Shown in pieces: positions 27,601 through 39,064 of a stretch of 64,000 bases of DNA. The notes beneath the pieces are model-generated. The model searched no databases and was not told where the DNA came from. It worked only from the letters and a program-made list of their open reading frames with translations. This DNA comes from an uncultured Collinsella sp. (GTDB lineage Bacteria > Actinomycetota > Coriobacteriia > Coriobacteriales > Coriobacteriaceae). Made by a program: the position numbers and the translations under genes. The stretch is taken from assembly GCA_958370785.1 (NCBI GenBank), contig CATXKN010000010.1:7035-71034 (forward strand). The letters run 5' to 3'. Numbering within the stretch: the stretch's first letter is position 1; each line of letters starts with the position of its first letter.

Positions 27601-29739
27601 CGTCTTCGCCTGCTCGCAGAGAAGGCTCCAAGGAACGCCATGGGCGACGGCGTCGATGACGTACGAAGTGTCAAATAGGCTAATGCATTCCTCAACTCGT
27701 CCAGAGGCGGCAAGCAACCGAATGGAATAACAAGACCGGACCACGTCAGCCTCCATCTCCAACGCGGCGTCAGCAAGGCAACCGGATACAAAACGAAGGT
27801 ATCCTTCCATACCGGGCTCCAAAGCCTTAGAACTTACGAAGAGCCTGAAATCGTTGTGAATAGGACGAGTTGACCCGTCAGCGCACTTTCTCAGCAAAGG
27901 AGAAAGAATGGCGATGTCCCGTGCCACCACGTACTCTCCCGAAAATGCATCAGGAAACGCATTGCACAGGAGCTTAGGATAGATCGCTCCGTCGAGGAGA
28001 TGCATCGACGAAGCGATGAGGCCCAACGCGTTCGATCCACTTCCGTGATGTCGCTGAATTTCATCATTGGCTTTCTGCCAGATAGACTCATAGTATTCCT
28101 CGACGTTTTCCGAAAGGCCTAATGACCGCAGCTTCTCAATGGCGTAGCCGCAATCCGTTTCACCGGCAATCGCGTGAACTGCATACACCACAGACAAGGT
28201 GTTCCCGTTGGTTATATTGATGATCTCATTGGAGAGGACGAGGGTCTCACGCTCTGAAAAGCCGGCCCTCTCCGTCAAGAGAGCAGTAACGTCATCAACG
28301 CCAATATTGGGAAGATGTTCTATCTCGACACCGACGTGCCCCTCCTTGAGCCATTGCGGGTAGGCGGAGTATAAATTAGCTGGCTGGCCGGAGACGAGAA
28401 TCTGTACGCCCTCTGGAATCGATTTTGGTGAGGGGAGGTGCTTCAAAAAAGTCAATCTACCCTTGGCCCGTGCGGCATGATCGATGCCGTCGATCACGAG
28501 AATCGTCTTGCAGCCGCGCTTGGCTGAAAGCGATTTGGCTAGCCTTAAGACCTCACTCCGAAGTTCGTCATCGTTGCAAAGTTCGTTGAAAATAGGAATC
28601 TCCGGTTTATCCCCGGAAAGTTCAGGTGTATCACGAAGTTGGTTCAGTAAAGTGCCCCACAGTTCCCTTGGAGAGACGATACCCGCATCAGGTGAATAGC
28701 TAAAGTCATCGACATCCAAGGGCTTGAATGCATAGAACCTGAAGGGACGTGGGCTCATCCGCTCGCATAGGCAGCTGACCAGTCTCGTTTTACCGGAGCC
28801 GGGACTCCCATGGAGGAAAATGATCTTGCTATTGGACGATTGCAATCTGTCGCGCAAAAGTAAGCACTCGCGTTCCCTACTAGGGAAAACTGGTATAGGG
28901 ACGGGGACCTCAATTGGTCTCTCCATTGGATTTCGGTTAAGCTTGCAGACGCATTTCCGGGCGATCTCCGCACTAACCATATTGTCGCCCGCCGCAGTGG
29001 TCCATCTCCGGAGCTCGGCGGCAAGCAGGTCGAATACTCTGGAAGCCAGTTCTTCTGACCCTCCGCACACCTCATCCCTTAATCTACCCATTAGCTTGGT
29101 CTCTTCGTCGAGAAGCGACGGAGCGCCTGCCCTGATCGTTAGATTTCTCAGGAAAGGCACGATATCAGGTTCCTCAAGCTTTGTTGAGTCGGCGAATTCG
29201 TGCCACTGCATATCGAGGTCCGAGTCGGCGAAAGCGAGATCGGAATATGACAAGACAGACTCGAACTCTACGGACAGCTTGTCCCAGAACTCCCCAAGGG
29301 GAAGCCTCTTGTAAGGCTTTCCCATATACTCCGCATCTGTCTTATTTTTGCCCAGCGCACGATTCGTGTACAAAATAATTTCAGGGATTGCCCCTTCTTC
29401 ACGCGAAACCTGCTTCCATCCAGCAGCAAGAGAGGCAAGCAAGGATTTATTGGGCCCCCTTCCTTCACCCGATCCCTCCTCCGTCACCAACGATCCGAAT
29501 GTCAGGTTGTTTGTGGTCGCTGTTGAAGCTTTTTTATGCTTCACCTGGACGCACACCATGGGAAGCCCATGCGACCGTCGGACAACGACGTCGTCAACCC
29601 CCTCCAAGCCGACTTCTTGAAAGGTCACGGACTCAATATCATCAATTCCGGCGAGCATAGAGATAACGTAGTCGAGACCGACATACCATTCGAACCAATA
29701 TGGGTCGCCTGCGCCAGGCTGGCAGTATTTCGACGACAA
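24451..29739 (-). CDS. Large STAND/NACHT-like NTPase with N-terminal PD-(D/E)xK nuclease (Avs-like), apparently frameshifted near 24690
   Basis: GVDDVVV...QVKHK nuclease motif, GSPGSGKT Walker A, ILVIDGIDH Walker B, GNTL, HNDFR; long helical C-terminus. Confidence 0.8.
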   Translation of the reverse strand: MSSKYCQPGAGDPYWFEWYVGLDYVISMLAGIDDIESVTFQEVGLEGVDDVVVRRSHGLPMVCVQVKHKKASTATTNNLTFGSLVTEEGSGEGRGPNKSLLASLAAGWKQVSREEGAIPEIILYTNRALGKNKTDAEYMGKPYKRLPLGEFWDKLSVEFESVLSYSDLAFADSDLDMQWHEFADSTKLEEPDIVPFLRNLTIRAGAPSLLDEETKLMGRLRDEVCGGSEELASRVFDLLAAELRRWTTAAGDNMVSAEIARKCVCKLNRNPMERPIEVPVPIPVFPSRERECLLLRDRLQSSNSKIIFLHGSPGSGKTRLVSCLCERMSPRPFRFYAFKPLDVDDFSYSPDAGIVSPRELWGTLLNQLRDTPELSGDKPEIPIFNELCNDDELRSEVLRLAKSLSAKRGCKTILVIDGIDHAARAKGRLTFLKHLPSPKSIPEGVQILVSGQPANLYSAYPQWLKEGHVGVEIEHLPNIGVDDVTALLTERAGFSERETLVLSNEIINITNGNTLSVVYAVHAIAGETDCGYAIEKLRSLGLSENVEEYYESIWQKANDEIQRHHGSGSNALGLIASSMHLLDGAIYPKLLCNAFPDAFSGEYVVARDIAILSPLLRKCADGSTRPIHNDFRLFVSSKALEPGMEGYLRFVSGCLADAALEMEADVVRSCYSIRLLAASGRVEECISLFDTSYVIDAVAHGVPWSLLCEQAKTVYEMACESGEMENVLRVQLALSTLSQVNEHFEYWLERRPFLHFEELVGMDYMVPPLNKETANLYATTLERCLWLLKDAGCTEQSDELYGIWFSGLSPLTALSLLSDPNEGDGVIRQDDGNSMLMSAWGCLAATRGLDFDDFLFADDLGGDADDLQCCFRDAFVRGLLMQSSLEDDDLSKIAGLSITVEAATNMMRDLLTGALPASRAAQRAFFSKLSAHSFKLEIGTMAYALCLSEGLRVSSAGRPKPLLCHREGNVYSEGFTLGLFAESFIFGYESDCVGFDAMSLDMDVSIAWMDRSDREYLSLVRTLRASACLGYAVGHDAAILPGTGEARVLEEWAQAPHWPGLLTMETCAVPYIAFVATKGVDLCSKAFEEKELEGFIFSRKPLCEKLRMLEHLQAMDSEIPRRYLSKEYGPDGSVLLASQDAIEIHDMLRPLLVSCDRDLAMHCDEAILFGSARFTDHKDYSLSNLVEAFETLSDFGMATETQAFDLLELDNAASQSGDNRMSRVLMEKVADWAASEGPAQLSRIRSLQPEYRYDHSLIEHQLKSLLANAACLGDVQAVFAGMLGNSSCCSTEDVEGLRFCLKTCRNKAVELGYGDGFESEVSDIERAIKDAPRTESFKSEAENPITDAPRDLSDLSDEEVKDVAFRQEIDRWNWEPVAGACSELIVRGQDKCEVFNSLVETRGAALCEEGWVHFSTSITELIDGIASYSDDEFFFKLLSRKNRGLERYGFGAAPNDIMHAIMVRARVRNPAFFKVIFELECDSKRRWMTCNGKCHLTALKKRTPGLPEPESLPELVSDILLDSILPEDPHRTENAVRGIAWGGLRLDSMRERVCERLADLRSYERILLEKVLGRWLRAFPGNDVIRDCFAKLIDKVNRADEACLLSIYSGAPGIILKPGIDYPQLTEDSSCEAPSRITTFLSEANVFCGDSCEDVKGALESCCGGEVRPFVKRYMQNDGVVFLRADRGITAKSSSTLKCAMGVGRPFRAALPLRSLWTLLTYGASRIFPFLRTRWHSGCQRLSSYSRLELLKKQNTSRPDCP

Positions 29740-29971
29740 TTCTCATCCTTTCATGCACACCCCCCATTGAACGCAAATAGCGACATCAGAGGTTTAAAGA
29801 TTGCATTGCAATGCAATCTCAGAAGAGTAGGAATTATTCATATCGTTGGACTTGTACCCTCGTCTCTTTGATGGCACGCAATTACGCGTTGAAATTTGTC
29901 AGTTCAAATCCATCAGAGCACACGCTTCGAATAGATTAATAATCGATCGTTTTAAAATCGAAGTCGAAAGT

Positions 29972-30013
29972 AAAAAGCGGGCGAGTATCGGCGTTAACCG
30001 ATACTCGCCCGCT
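29972..30013 (-). terminator. Terminator at the end of the polysaccharide operon
   Basis: 16-bp stem AGCGGGCGAGTATCGG/CCGATACTCGCCCGCT plus T run on the minus strand. Confidence 0.8.
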
Positions 30014-30074
30014 CTCGATGCAGTTAACCTAGCGAATGGCTAAAGCAGCCCAACTTGGGAAAGTCTCCTCTCCC

Positions 30075-31334
30075 CTAGTCCCGCTTAAACAGATCCCTTG
30101 TGTACACCTTGTCCGCCACGTCCGCGAGCTCGTCGCTCCAGCGGTTGGCCACGATCACGTCGCATCCGGCCTTGAAGGCCTCCAGGTCGTGGGTCACCTC
30201 GGAGCCGAAGAACTCCGGCGCGTCCAGCGTGGGCTCGTAGACCACCACGGGCACGCCCTTGGCCTTCACGCGCTTCATGACGCCCTGGATGGAGCTAGCG
30301 CGGAAGTTGTCGGAGTTGGACTTCATCGTCAGGCGATAGACGCCAACGACCGGCTTCTCCTTGCCGGCGTAGACGCGGTCCCACACCATCTGCAGCACCT
30401 CGTCTGCCACGAAGTCCTTGCGGGTGCGGTTGGCGTCCACGATGGCCTCGATCAGGTTCTGGGGCACGTCCCTGTAGTTGGCCAGCAGCTGCTTGGTGTC
30501 CTTGGGCAGGCAGTAGCCGCCGTAGCCGAAGCTGGGGTTGTTGTAGTGGCTGCCGATGCGCGGCTCCAGGCACACGCCGTCGATGACGTCGCGGGTATTG
30601 AGGCCGCGGACCTCGCAGTAGGTGTCGAGCTCGTTGAAGTAGGCCACGCGCAGCGCCAGGTAGGTGTTTGCGAAGAGCTTGACGGCCTCGGCCTCGGTGG
30701 TGCCCAGCACGAGCTCCGGGATGCCGATGGTTCCGTCGGCGTTAACGCGTTCGAGCTCGGCGGGGTCGGCGCCCTGGGCGAGCAGGCGTGCGAAACGCTC
30801 GGCAGCCGCGACGGCATTAGCATCGTCTTTAGGCGCGCCCACCACGATGCGGCTGGGGTGCAGGTTGTCGTATAGCGCCTTGCTCTCGCGAAGGAACTCA
30901 GGGCTGAAGAAGATCTTGTCGTCACCCAGCCTCTCGCGCAGGCCCGCGGTGTAGCCGACGGGGATGGTCGACTTGATGACGATCCAGGCGTCCGGGTTCA
31001 CCGAGCGCACTGCGGCAATGGCGGCCTCGACGGAGCTCGTGTCGAAGAAGTTCCTGTCCGAGTCGTAGTTGGTGGGCGTGGCGATGACAGCGTAGTCGGC
31101 GCCCGTGTAGGCCTCGGCCACGTCGACCGTGGCGTGCAGGTCGAGCTCGCGCTCCCCCGCTTTAGCCTCCGCCAGGAAGCGCTCGATCTCGTCGTCCTGG
31201 ATGGGCGACTCGTAGTTGTTGATCTTCTCGACCTTCTCGGGCACGATGTCCAGCGCGTGGACCTCGTTGTGCTGCGAGAGCAGGACGGCGAGGGATAGGC
31301 CGACGTAGCCGGTACCGGCGACAGCGATCTTCAT
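30075..31334 (-). CDS. ugd: UDP-glucose 6-dehydrogenase
   Basis: [38 protein letters not shown]. Confidence 0.95.
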   Translation of the reverse strand: MKIAVAGTGYVGLSLAVLLSQHNEVHALDIVPEKVEKINNYESPIQDDEIERFLAEAKAGERELDLHATVDVAEAYTGADYAVIATPTNYDSDRNFFDTSSVEAAIAAVRSVNPDAWIVIKSTIPVGYTAGLRERLGDDKIFFSPEFLRESKALYDNLHPSRIVVGAPKDDANAVAAAERFARLLAQGADPAELERVNADGTIGIPELVLGTTEAEAVKLFANTYLALRVAYFNELDTYCEVRGLNTRDVIDGVCLEPRIGSHYNNPSFGYGGYCLPKDTKQLLANYRDVPQNLIEAIVDANRTRKDFVADEVLQMVWDRVYAGKEKPVVGVYRLTMKSNSDNFRASSIQGVMKRVKAKGVPVVVYEPTLDAPEFFGSEVTHDLEAFKAGCDVIVANRWSDELADVADKVYTRDLFKRD

Positions 31335-31403
31335 GTCATTCTCCAATTGTCAAAGAGCAATAATTCGCACGAAAAATGGCCCCTGTTACAGGGCCATGAT
31401 TTT

Positions 31404-32444
31404 CTAAATGTTGTAGTAGTGCTTATACCACTTGGCGAAGGCCCTCAGGCCGTCCTCGAGCGGCGTCGCGGGCTTGTAGCCCAGGTCGCGCTGGAGCGCC
31501 GTGGTGTCGGCATAGGTGACGGGAACGTCGCCGGGCTGCATCGGCACGAGTTGCTTGTGGGCCTCGAAGTCGTAGTCCACAGGCAGCACGCCCTCCTCCA
31601 CCAGCACGCGCTGCAGCGTGTCGACGAAGTCGAGCAGGTTCTCGGGGTGCGAGTTGCCGATGTTGTAGACGCGGTGCGCGGCGAGCGGCAGCCCGTCCTC
31701 GCCCATCTTCACCTCGGGGGCGGCGTCCATGACGCGCTTCACTCCCTCGACGATGTCGTCAACGTAGGTGAAGTCGCGGCGGCAGTCGCCCATGTTGAAG
31801 ATCTTGATCGTGTCGCCGCGGCGCAGCTTCTCGGTGAAGCCGAAGTAGGCCATGTCGGGCCTGCCCATGGGGCCGTACACGGTGAAGAAGCGCAAGCCGG
31901 TCGCGGGGATGGAGTAAAGCTTGGAGTAGGCGGCGGCCATGAGCTCGTTGGACTTCTTGGTGGCGGCGTAGAGCGACACCGGAGAGTCGACGCGGTCCTC
32001 CTCGGAGAACGGCACCTTCTTGTTGCCGCCGTAGACGGAGCTGGAGCTGGCGTAGACCAGGTGCTTCACAGGGTGGTGGCGGCAGCCCTCGAGGATATTA
32101 AAGAAGCCGACGAGGTTGCTCTCGAGGTAGGCGCGCGGGTTCTCGATGGAGTAGCGGACACCGGCCTGGGCGGCGAGGTTCACCACGACATCGAAGCCGT
32201 TCTCGGCGAACAGCCGCTCGATGAGGGCGGCATCGCACAGGTCGCCGCGAACGAAGGTGAAGCGGCCCTCGGTATCAGCCTCTGCAAGCATGCGCAGGCG
32301 CGCATGCTTGATGCCAGGGTCGTAGTAGCTGTTGAGGTTGTCGAGGCCGACGATCGCGTCATCGGTCTCCGCGAGCAGCTTCTTGACGAGGAACGCGCCG
32401 ATAAAACCGGCGGCTCCTGTGACGAGCACTTTTCTAGTTGCCAT
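31404..32444 (-). CDS. UDP-glucuronate 4-epimerase-like SDR
   Basis: GAAGFIG, LAAQAGVRYS, YAATK, RFFTVYGPMGRPDMA. Confidence 0.88.
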   Translation of the reverse strand: MATRKVLVTGAAGFIGAFLVKKLLAETDDAIVGLDNLNSYYDPGIKHARLRMLAEADTEGRFTFVRGDLCDAALIERLFAENGFDVVVNLAAQAGVRYSIENPRAYLESNLVGFFNILEGCRHHPVKHLVYASSSSVYGGNKKVPFSEEDRVDSPVSLYAATKKSNELMAAAYSKLYSIPATGLRFFTVYGPMGRPDMAYFGFTEKLRRGDTIKIFNMGDCRRDFTYVDDIVEGVKRVMDAAPEVKMGEDGLPLAAHRVYNIGNSHPENLLDFVDTLQRVLVEEGVLPVDYDFEAHKQLVPMQPGDVPVTYADTTALQRDLGYKPATPLEDGLRAFAKWYKHYYNI

Positions 32445-32470
32445 ATCAATCTCCTAAATAATGAAAGCGT

Positions 32471-33004
32471 CTAAAGGTCAACTTTTCGGTTGATATATCC
32501 CTCCGTCGCATTCTCACGAGGAATAACGCGGCACGGATTGCCCAAGACAACGGAATGGCTGGGAATATCGCAGTTCACATATGCCCCGGGGGCGATGAGG
32601 ACGTCGTCGCCGACGTTAATACCCCCGACAACGGTGGCGTTTACGCCGACCCACACGCAGTCTCCCAATACTGGCGCGCCTTTTCTCTTACCACGGTTCT
32701 CTTGCCCTATCGTCACGCCCTTGTGCAGGTTGCAGTTCGCACCAATGACAGCGGCCTCATTCACTGTGATGTTAAAGGCGTGCCCAAGGTAAAGCCCTGG
32801 TCCAATCTGAGTGGTCCTGGGAATTTCCAAACCATACCTCTCACGCATTCGACGAATCATTAGTCTCCAAATCGGATTATTGGACCTCTGCGCTCTGCGC
32901 AATAGCCAAATAAATCTCATAGCGTGCTCAGACCAAAAGGTGGAACCAGATGGATATCTGCACAAATCGCGACAGCCCCCCCCCGAGCATTTTTCAGTCG
33001 CCAA
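32471..33004 (-). CDS. CysE-like left-handed beta-helix O-acetyltransferase
   Basis: IGPGLYLGH, hexapeptide repeats, GNP; TTG start after GGAGG; G9 tract at codons 7-10. Confidence 0.85.
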   Translation of the reverse strand: MATEKCSGGGCRDLCRYPSGSTFWSEHAMRFIWLLRRAQRSNNPIWRLMIRRMRERYGLEIPRTTQIGPGLYLGHAFNITVNEAAVIGANCNLHKGVTIGQENRGKRKGAPVLGDCVWVGVNATVVGGINVGDDVLIAPGAYVNCDIPSHSVVLGNPCRVIPRENATEGYINRKVDL

Positions 33005-33231
33005 TGTTAACCCCTCCCCAACGATTTACAGATCTTCAAAAAAGATAATGTCCAACTATGCGAAAAGAAATATTTCTTCAGATGACAACGAGACAGCTCT
33101 TAACGAACTAAAGTCGTATAGCGTATTGCAATTTGCAGCCACAAAATGCCTTTTCGCCACGACACCGACAGAAGTTGATACTCCAACGGCACCCAATACA
33201 CTTTGGTAGATTCCGATCTGATGTTATGAAA

Positions 33232-34032
33232 TTAGCATCTTGTGCCCCAAACAGCCGGGGAATCATACGGCCTATCGGGAAAGGCGCCATAGTCTAATTT
33301 AATATCCAAACCGTTTTCTAGAATGAAACGCTCAACGCGATCGGCAAGCTTTTCAGGATGTCCAGACGAGATGTTATATATGCCGTCACCCTTAGCCCCC
33401 GTAACCACGTCAGCGACAAGGGAGCAAAAGTCACCGTAATCCAAAAAGTCATATTGGCATTGCCCCGTGGTGAAGGGGAATGTTTTTTTGCCTTCTGCAG
33501 ATGCCTTGCAAATTTTAGAGAAAATAGAGGCTCCATAGGGATTGTTGTCGACGATGTAATAGCCACGAAGCCACTGAAGCTCGATATCCGCGTCAGCACA
33601 AGTCAACATAGCGGCCTGCCTCAATGCATTCTTCGCTATACCGTACATACTCTGCGGATTGCATGGGGTACCGGCCCGGATGCCGCCCTCATGGTATCCA
33701 ATTTCATGCATGCTCCCCATAATCGCCAATCTCCTAAGGGGAGAGTTAGATAACTTACGAACAAACTCAACGTGCAGAGGAAGATCTTCCATATGCGCAG
33801 CCGAATTGTGTTTAAAGCCGTCGCGCCATGCAAGATGAACTATGCAGTCGGGATTCCCCATTTCAACATAAGGATCAACCATATCGAACAAGCTCGCCTG
33901 AATGCGCGTGGCGCAATCCGGAATTCGGTCAACCGCCCGATCAACCGCCATGACATCGTTGCCGCGTCTCGCCAGCTCTTCCACGACCCCAATACCGAGA
34001 AAGCCATTAGCTCCCGTAACCGCTATCTTCAT
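33232..34032 (-). CDS. NAD-dependent reductase, Tll-like (putative dTDP-6-deoxy-L-talose synthesis)
   Basis: GANGFLG, HLAWRDGFKHN, GSMHEIGY, YGIAKN; occupies the rmlD position. Confidence 0.7.
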   Translation of the reverse strand: MKIAVTGANGFLGIGVVEELARRGNDVMAVDRAVDRIPDCATRIQASLFDMVDPYVEMGNPDCIVHLAWRDGFKHNSAAHMEDLPLHVEFVRKLSNSPLRRLAIMGSMHEIGYHEGGIRAGTPCNPQSMYGIAKNALRQAAMLTCADADIELQWLRGYYIVDNNPYGASIFSKICKASAEGKKTFPFTTGQCQYDFLDYGDFCSLVADVVTGAKGDGIYNISSGHPEKLADRVERFILENGLDIKLDYGAFPDRPYDSPAVWGTRC

Positions 34033-34110
34033 CGAATCCTCCGAACAGGAAACTTGACTACTCATTCCCATAGAAAACTAAGTCTTTCAACAAATTACAA
34101 CCGGCGAACG

Positions 34111-34719
34111 CTATTTGGAATTCTGCAGCGCAGAAAGAGGGGGGTGGCGTCTATCTTTATCAGATAAAACTAGCTGAGATCCATCAAAATGGTCATCCCC
34201 ATCGAGCGCAGGCCACTCTATTCCAATTTTGGGATCGTTCCACATGAGCCCGCCCTCGTCGCCGGGATGATAGACATCATCGCATTTGTAACAGAACTCA
34301 GCCGAATCGCTTAAAACGAGAAAGCCGTGTGCAAAACCGCGCGGAATGAAGAACTGTCTCTTATTCTCTGCAGAGAGGACCACGCCTTCCCATTTACCGT
34401 ACGTCGCGCTGTCTTTGCGCAGGTCAACGGCAACGTCGAATACCTTGCCGGAAACGACACGGACCAGTTTCGATTGCGGATGATCTATCTGAAAATGCAA
34501 GCCGCGAAGCACGCCCCTAGTACTTGAAGATTGGTTATCCTGAACGAAAACACAGCCTATCCCTCCAGCTACGAAGTCGGACTGTTTATAGGTCTCCATA
34601 AAGTAGCCCCGGGAGTCGCCGTAGGTCTTGACTTCAACGATCTTCACGCCCTCGATGGAGGTGTCCGTGAAGGTGAAATTTCCCGAAGTGATTGTGTCAC
34701 CCTGTGCCATTATTTCCAT
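34111..34719 (-). CDS. rmlC: dTDP-4-dehydrorhamnose 3,5-epimerase
   Basis: DSRGYF, FVQDN, GVLRGLHFQ, DVAVDLR, GFAHGF. Confidence 0.95.
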   Translation of the reverse strand: MEIMAQGDTITSGNFTFTDTSIEGVKIVEVKTYGDSRGYFMETYKQSDFVAGGIGCVFVQDNQSSSTRGVLRGLHFQIDHPQSKLVRVVSGKVFDVAVDLRKDSATYGKWEGVVLSAENKRQFFIPRGFAHGFLVLSDSAEFCYKCDDVYHPGDEGGLMWNDPKIGIEWPALDGDDHFDGSQLVLSDKDRRHPPLSALQNSK

Positions 34720-34730
34720 CCTAACTGTTT

Positions 34731-36636
<1,906 letters not shown>

Positions 36637-36684
36637 AAGGTCAACATCTCCTTAATAAAGTTCGCTGGATAGGAATCCTTCACG

Positions 36685-38136
36685 TTAACTCTCCCTACTC
36701 GACTTCGCCTTAACAGATAAGAAAGCGACTAAAACCAGGAGGACGGCGCATGTCACATACCGTAGAACGTTCGTTTGGTACAAAATGATACCGGCCATCG
36801 TTGCCGCAATGCATGTCAAAGAGAGTGCGCCAAGCTTGCCGTCCTCGTATACGGGCTCCATTCTGCCGCGCTCCCGACAGGCCTTGGTGGCCCACGCCCG
36901 TTGGGATACGGCAAGAATGATGTAGCTTGCTAGCGTCGTGTAAGCAGCAGCCCCATAACCGAATAATGGAATGGCCACGAGGTTCAGGGCAACGTTTACA
37001 ACGGCAGCCGCTATGGCAGCAAACATGATGTATTTAGTCTTCTTGTAGTAGACGAGGATATTGGAATACAAATTGGATATGGACGTCAGGAAGACTCCAG
37101 CAGCAATCGGGGGCATGAGCGTAATGGACGCCAGGTATTCATCGGTGGCGAGAACCTTAATGATCTCAGGACCTAGCCAGGAAATAAGAACCGAAACTAG
37201 GGCAAACACTGCGAGCAGCAGGTTTGAAGCCCTTCTGATGCCCCGATGGCCCTCCGTGTCGATATTCCTGAATAGATAGGGTATGAACGATGCATTAATG
37301 GCGGACCAAAGGAAAAGCGCGATGCTGCTCGCTGAGTACAGCACGCCATACACGCCGGTCTCGGCATCGCCGACCATCGAGGAGATCATCACCCTGTCTG
37401 AAACACTCAAAACCTGGCTAGCGATGGAATATCCAATAAGGGGAAGACTCAGGTTGAGGGAGAATTTCCAGAAACGACGGTCATAGAACCTCTTGCCGCG
37501 GGTCATAAGGAGAATCCACATCACAGCGCTCAAGCCGTAAACCACAAGATAGTTTGCTATCAATCTCGCTTCGGAAAGCTTGACGTTCAGCTCAGGTTGC
37601 GAACTGACCAGCAGCACAGCACCAACGGATGCAACAGTAGCGAGTACGGCCGATCCAACGGAAAGCGCGAAAGATAATTTGTATTTATATTCAAACCTCT
37701 GGCGAAGATTCCAGAAATCCCATGCCGGCATTACCAACAGCCCGAACGCCATGAGAAAAATCAGCTGTGGAGACAGTCCGATAGCAGGAGAAACCCATGG
37801 CGACAAGAGCACGAGACCGCCGCCTATCACAAGAGCCATGATGGTTGTCAACGTCAGCACTGAAGATTCGTATGCATCTCGCTCTCCATCGAACTCCTTC
37901 ATCGCAAGCGAATATCCACCGGACGTCAAGGCCAGTGTGGACACGATGCTGATCATCGAGTACCAAGACGTGTAGAGGTTAACCACCCCGATGTCGGCCG
38001 ATGACATAATGCGTGTAAAAATGGGCATTGATATGATTGCAAGGCCGCGCGAGAAAACGCTAGAAAGCGTGTAGACTGTCGCCGACTTGACCTCAACGCT
38101 CATACCTTTCAGTTTTTCCCTAAGCATTGATATCAC
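36685..38136 (-). CDS. wzx: Oligosaccharide flippase
   Basis: Polytopic membrane protein with PIFTRIM, SDRVMI and GAAYTT Wzx-like segments. Confidence 0.85.
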   Translation of the reverse strand: MISMLREKLKGMSVEVKSATVYTLSSVFSRGLAIISMPIFTRIMSSADIGVVNLYTSWYSMISIVSTLALTSGGYSLAMKEFDGERDAYESSVLTLTTIMALVIGGGLVLLSPWVSPAIGLSPQLIFLMAFGLLVMPAWDFWNLRQRFEYKYKLSFALSVGSAVLATVASVGAVLLVSSQPELNVKLSEARLIANYLVVYGLSAVMWILLMTRGKRFYDRRFWKFSLNLSLPLIGYSIASQVLSVSDRVMISSMVGDAETGVYGVLYSASSIALFLWSAINASFIPYLFRNIDTEGHRGIRRASNLLLAVFALVSVLISWLGPEIIKVLATDEYLASITLMPPIAAGVFLTSISNLYSNILVYYKKTKYIMFAAIAAAVVNVALNLVAIPLFGYGAAAYTTLASYIILAVSQRAWATKACRERGRMEPVYEDGKLGALSLTCIAATMAGIILYQTNVLRYVTCAVLLVLVAFLSVKAKSSRES

Positions 38137-39064
38137 CGCCCGTCCTTTTCGAAAACCTACCCGCCCAAGCTTCGACGGAGTAATGCCGCCTTATTTCATC
38201 GCCGTAAGGCATGTGCGGCCTGGCCATGAACTCCTGCACTTCGGACGGAGTGGTGCCGGCATCCAAAACAAGAACGTTGCCGTATTCAAAAAACGGAGCA
38301 TCTGCGACATGGGCGTTCGTGGTGATGAGTTTCTTATCGTAGAAGATGGACTCCATGACTCGCATGGAATAGCCAAGCTGTCCCTGCTGGGCAATGTCTA
38401 CGATTGCCTTACTCCCAAATACACGCTTGAGGTACTCCCGATATGGAATATAACCTTCTACATACGTGATATTGGCGTTTTTGACACCGTGGGGAGCTCT
38501 GCCGACAACAGTAAAGTCTAGCTTAAGGCCGGCGCTCGACAGCAAGTCGGCCGCGTTGGCGACTGTACCGCTCCGGTCCTTCGAATAACCCAGAAATACA
38601 ACATCGCTCTTACGTTGCACGCGGGGGCACTTGCATCTTTCATCAAACATAATCGTATTGAATTTGAAACCGTTGCGCTCACAAAACGCCTCATCATAGG
38701 AAAATAGTCCACAAGAGTACTTCTCTGCTTGCTTTTTCAACGAGGAGACTTCCGCAGGGAGGAGATTCATGTTCCATGAATATATATCTATGGGTAGCAA
38801 CCGGCGGCGACCCCTTATATAGGAGACTAAAGTTTTGTCTTGAAGTACGGGAGAATCCAATAAGACAATGCGATCGATATCTCCAAGCCTGTTTTTCCAA
38901 TCACCGTAATTAAGGCGCGCAATAGAAGGAAACAGCTTTTTTACTGCGTTGAAAGGCTTATGCGTTTTGCGGACGAATAGTTGGCAAAAATCAACTGTGT
39001 CGCTTTTAAATCCCGGAAAGAAGTAGAGGTTCGTATCTGCGACTATTACCAGAACTTTTTCCAT
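38120..39064 (-). CDS. Putative GT-B glycosyltransferase
   Basis: FLGYSKDR, IVDIAQQGQLGYSMRVMES, KKLITTN; locus context. Confidence 0.65.
   Translation of the reverse strand: MEKVLVIVADTNLYFFPGFKSDTVDFCQLFVRKTHKPFNAVKKLFPSIARLNYGDWKNRLGDIDRIVLLDSPVLQDKTLVSYIRGRRRLLPIDIYSWNMNLLPAEVSSLKKQAEKYSCGLFSYDEAFCERNGFKFNTIMFDERCKCPRVQRKSDVVFLGYSKDRSGTVANAADLLSSAGLKLDFTVVGRAPHGVKNANITYVEGYIPYREYLKRVFGSKAIVDIAQQGQLGYSMRVMESIFYDKKLITTNAHVADAPFFEYGNVLVLDAGTTPSEVQEFMARPHMPYGDEIRRHYSVEAWAGRFSKRTGGDINA

Noticed and set aside
33005..33231. Possible gene remnant between the Tll-like gene and the acetyltransferase
   Set aside because: No recognisable motif or convincing reading frame
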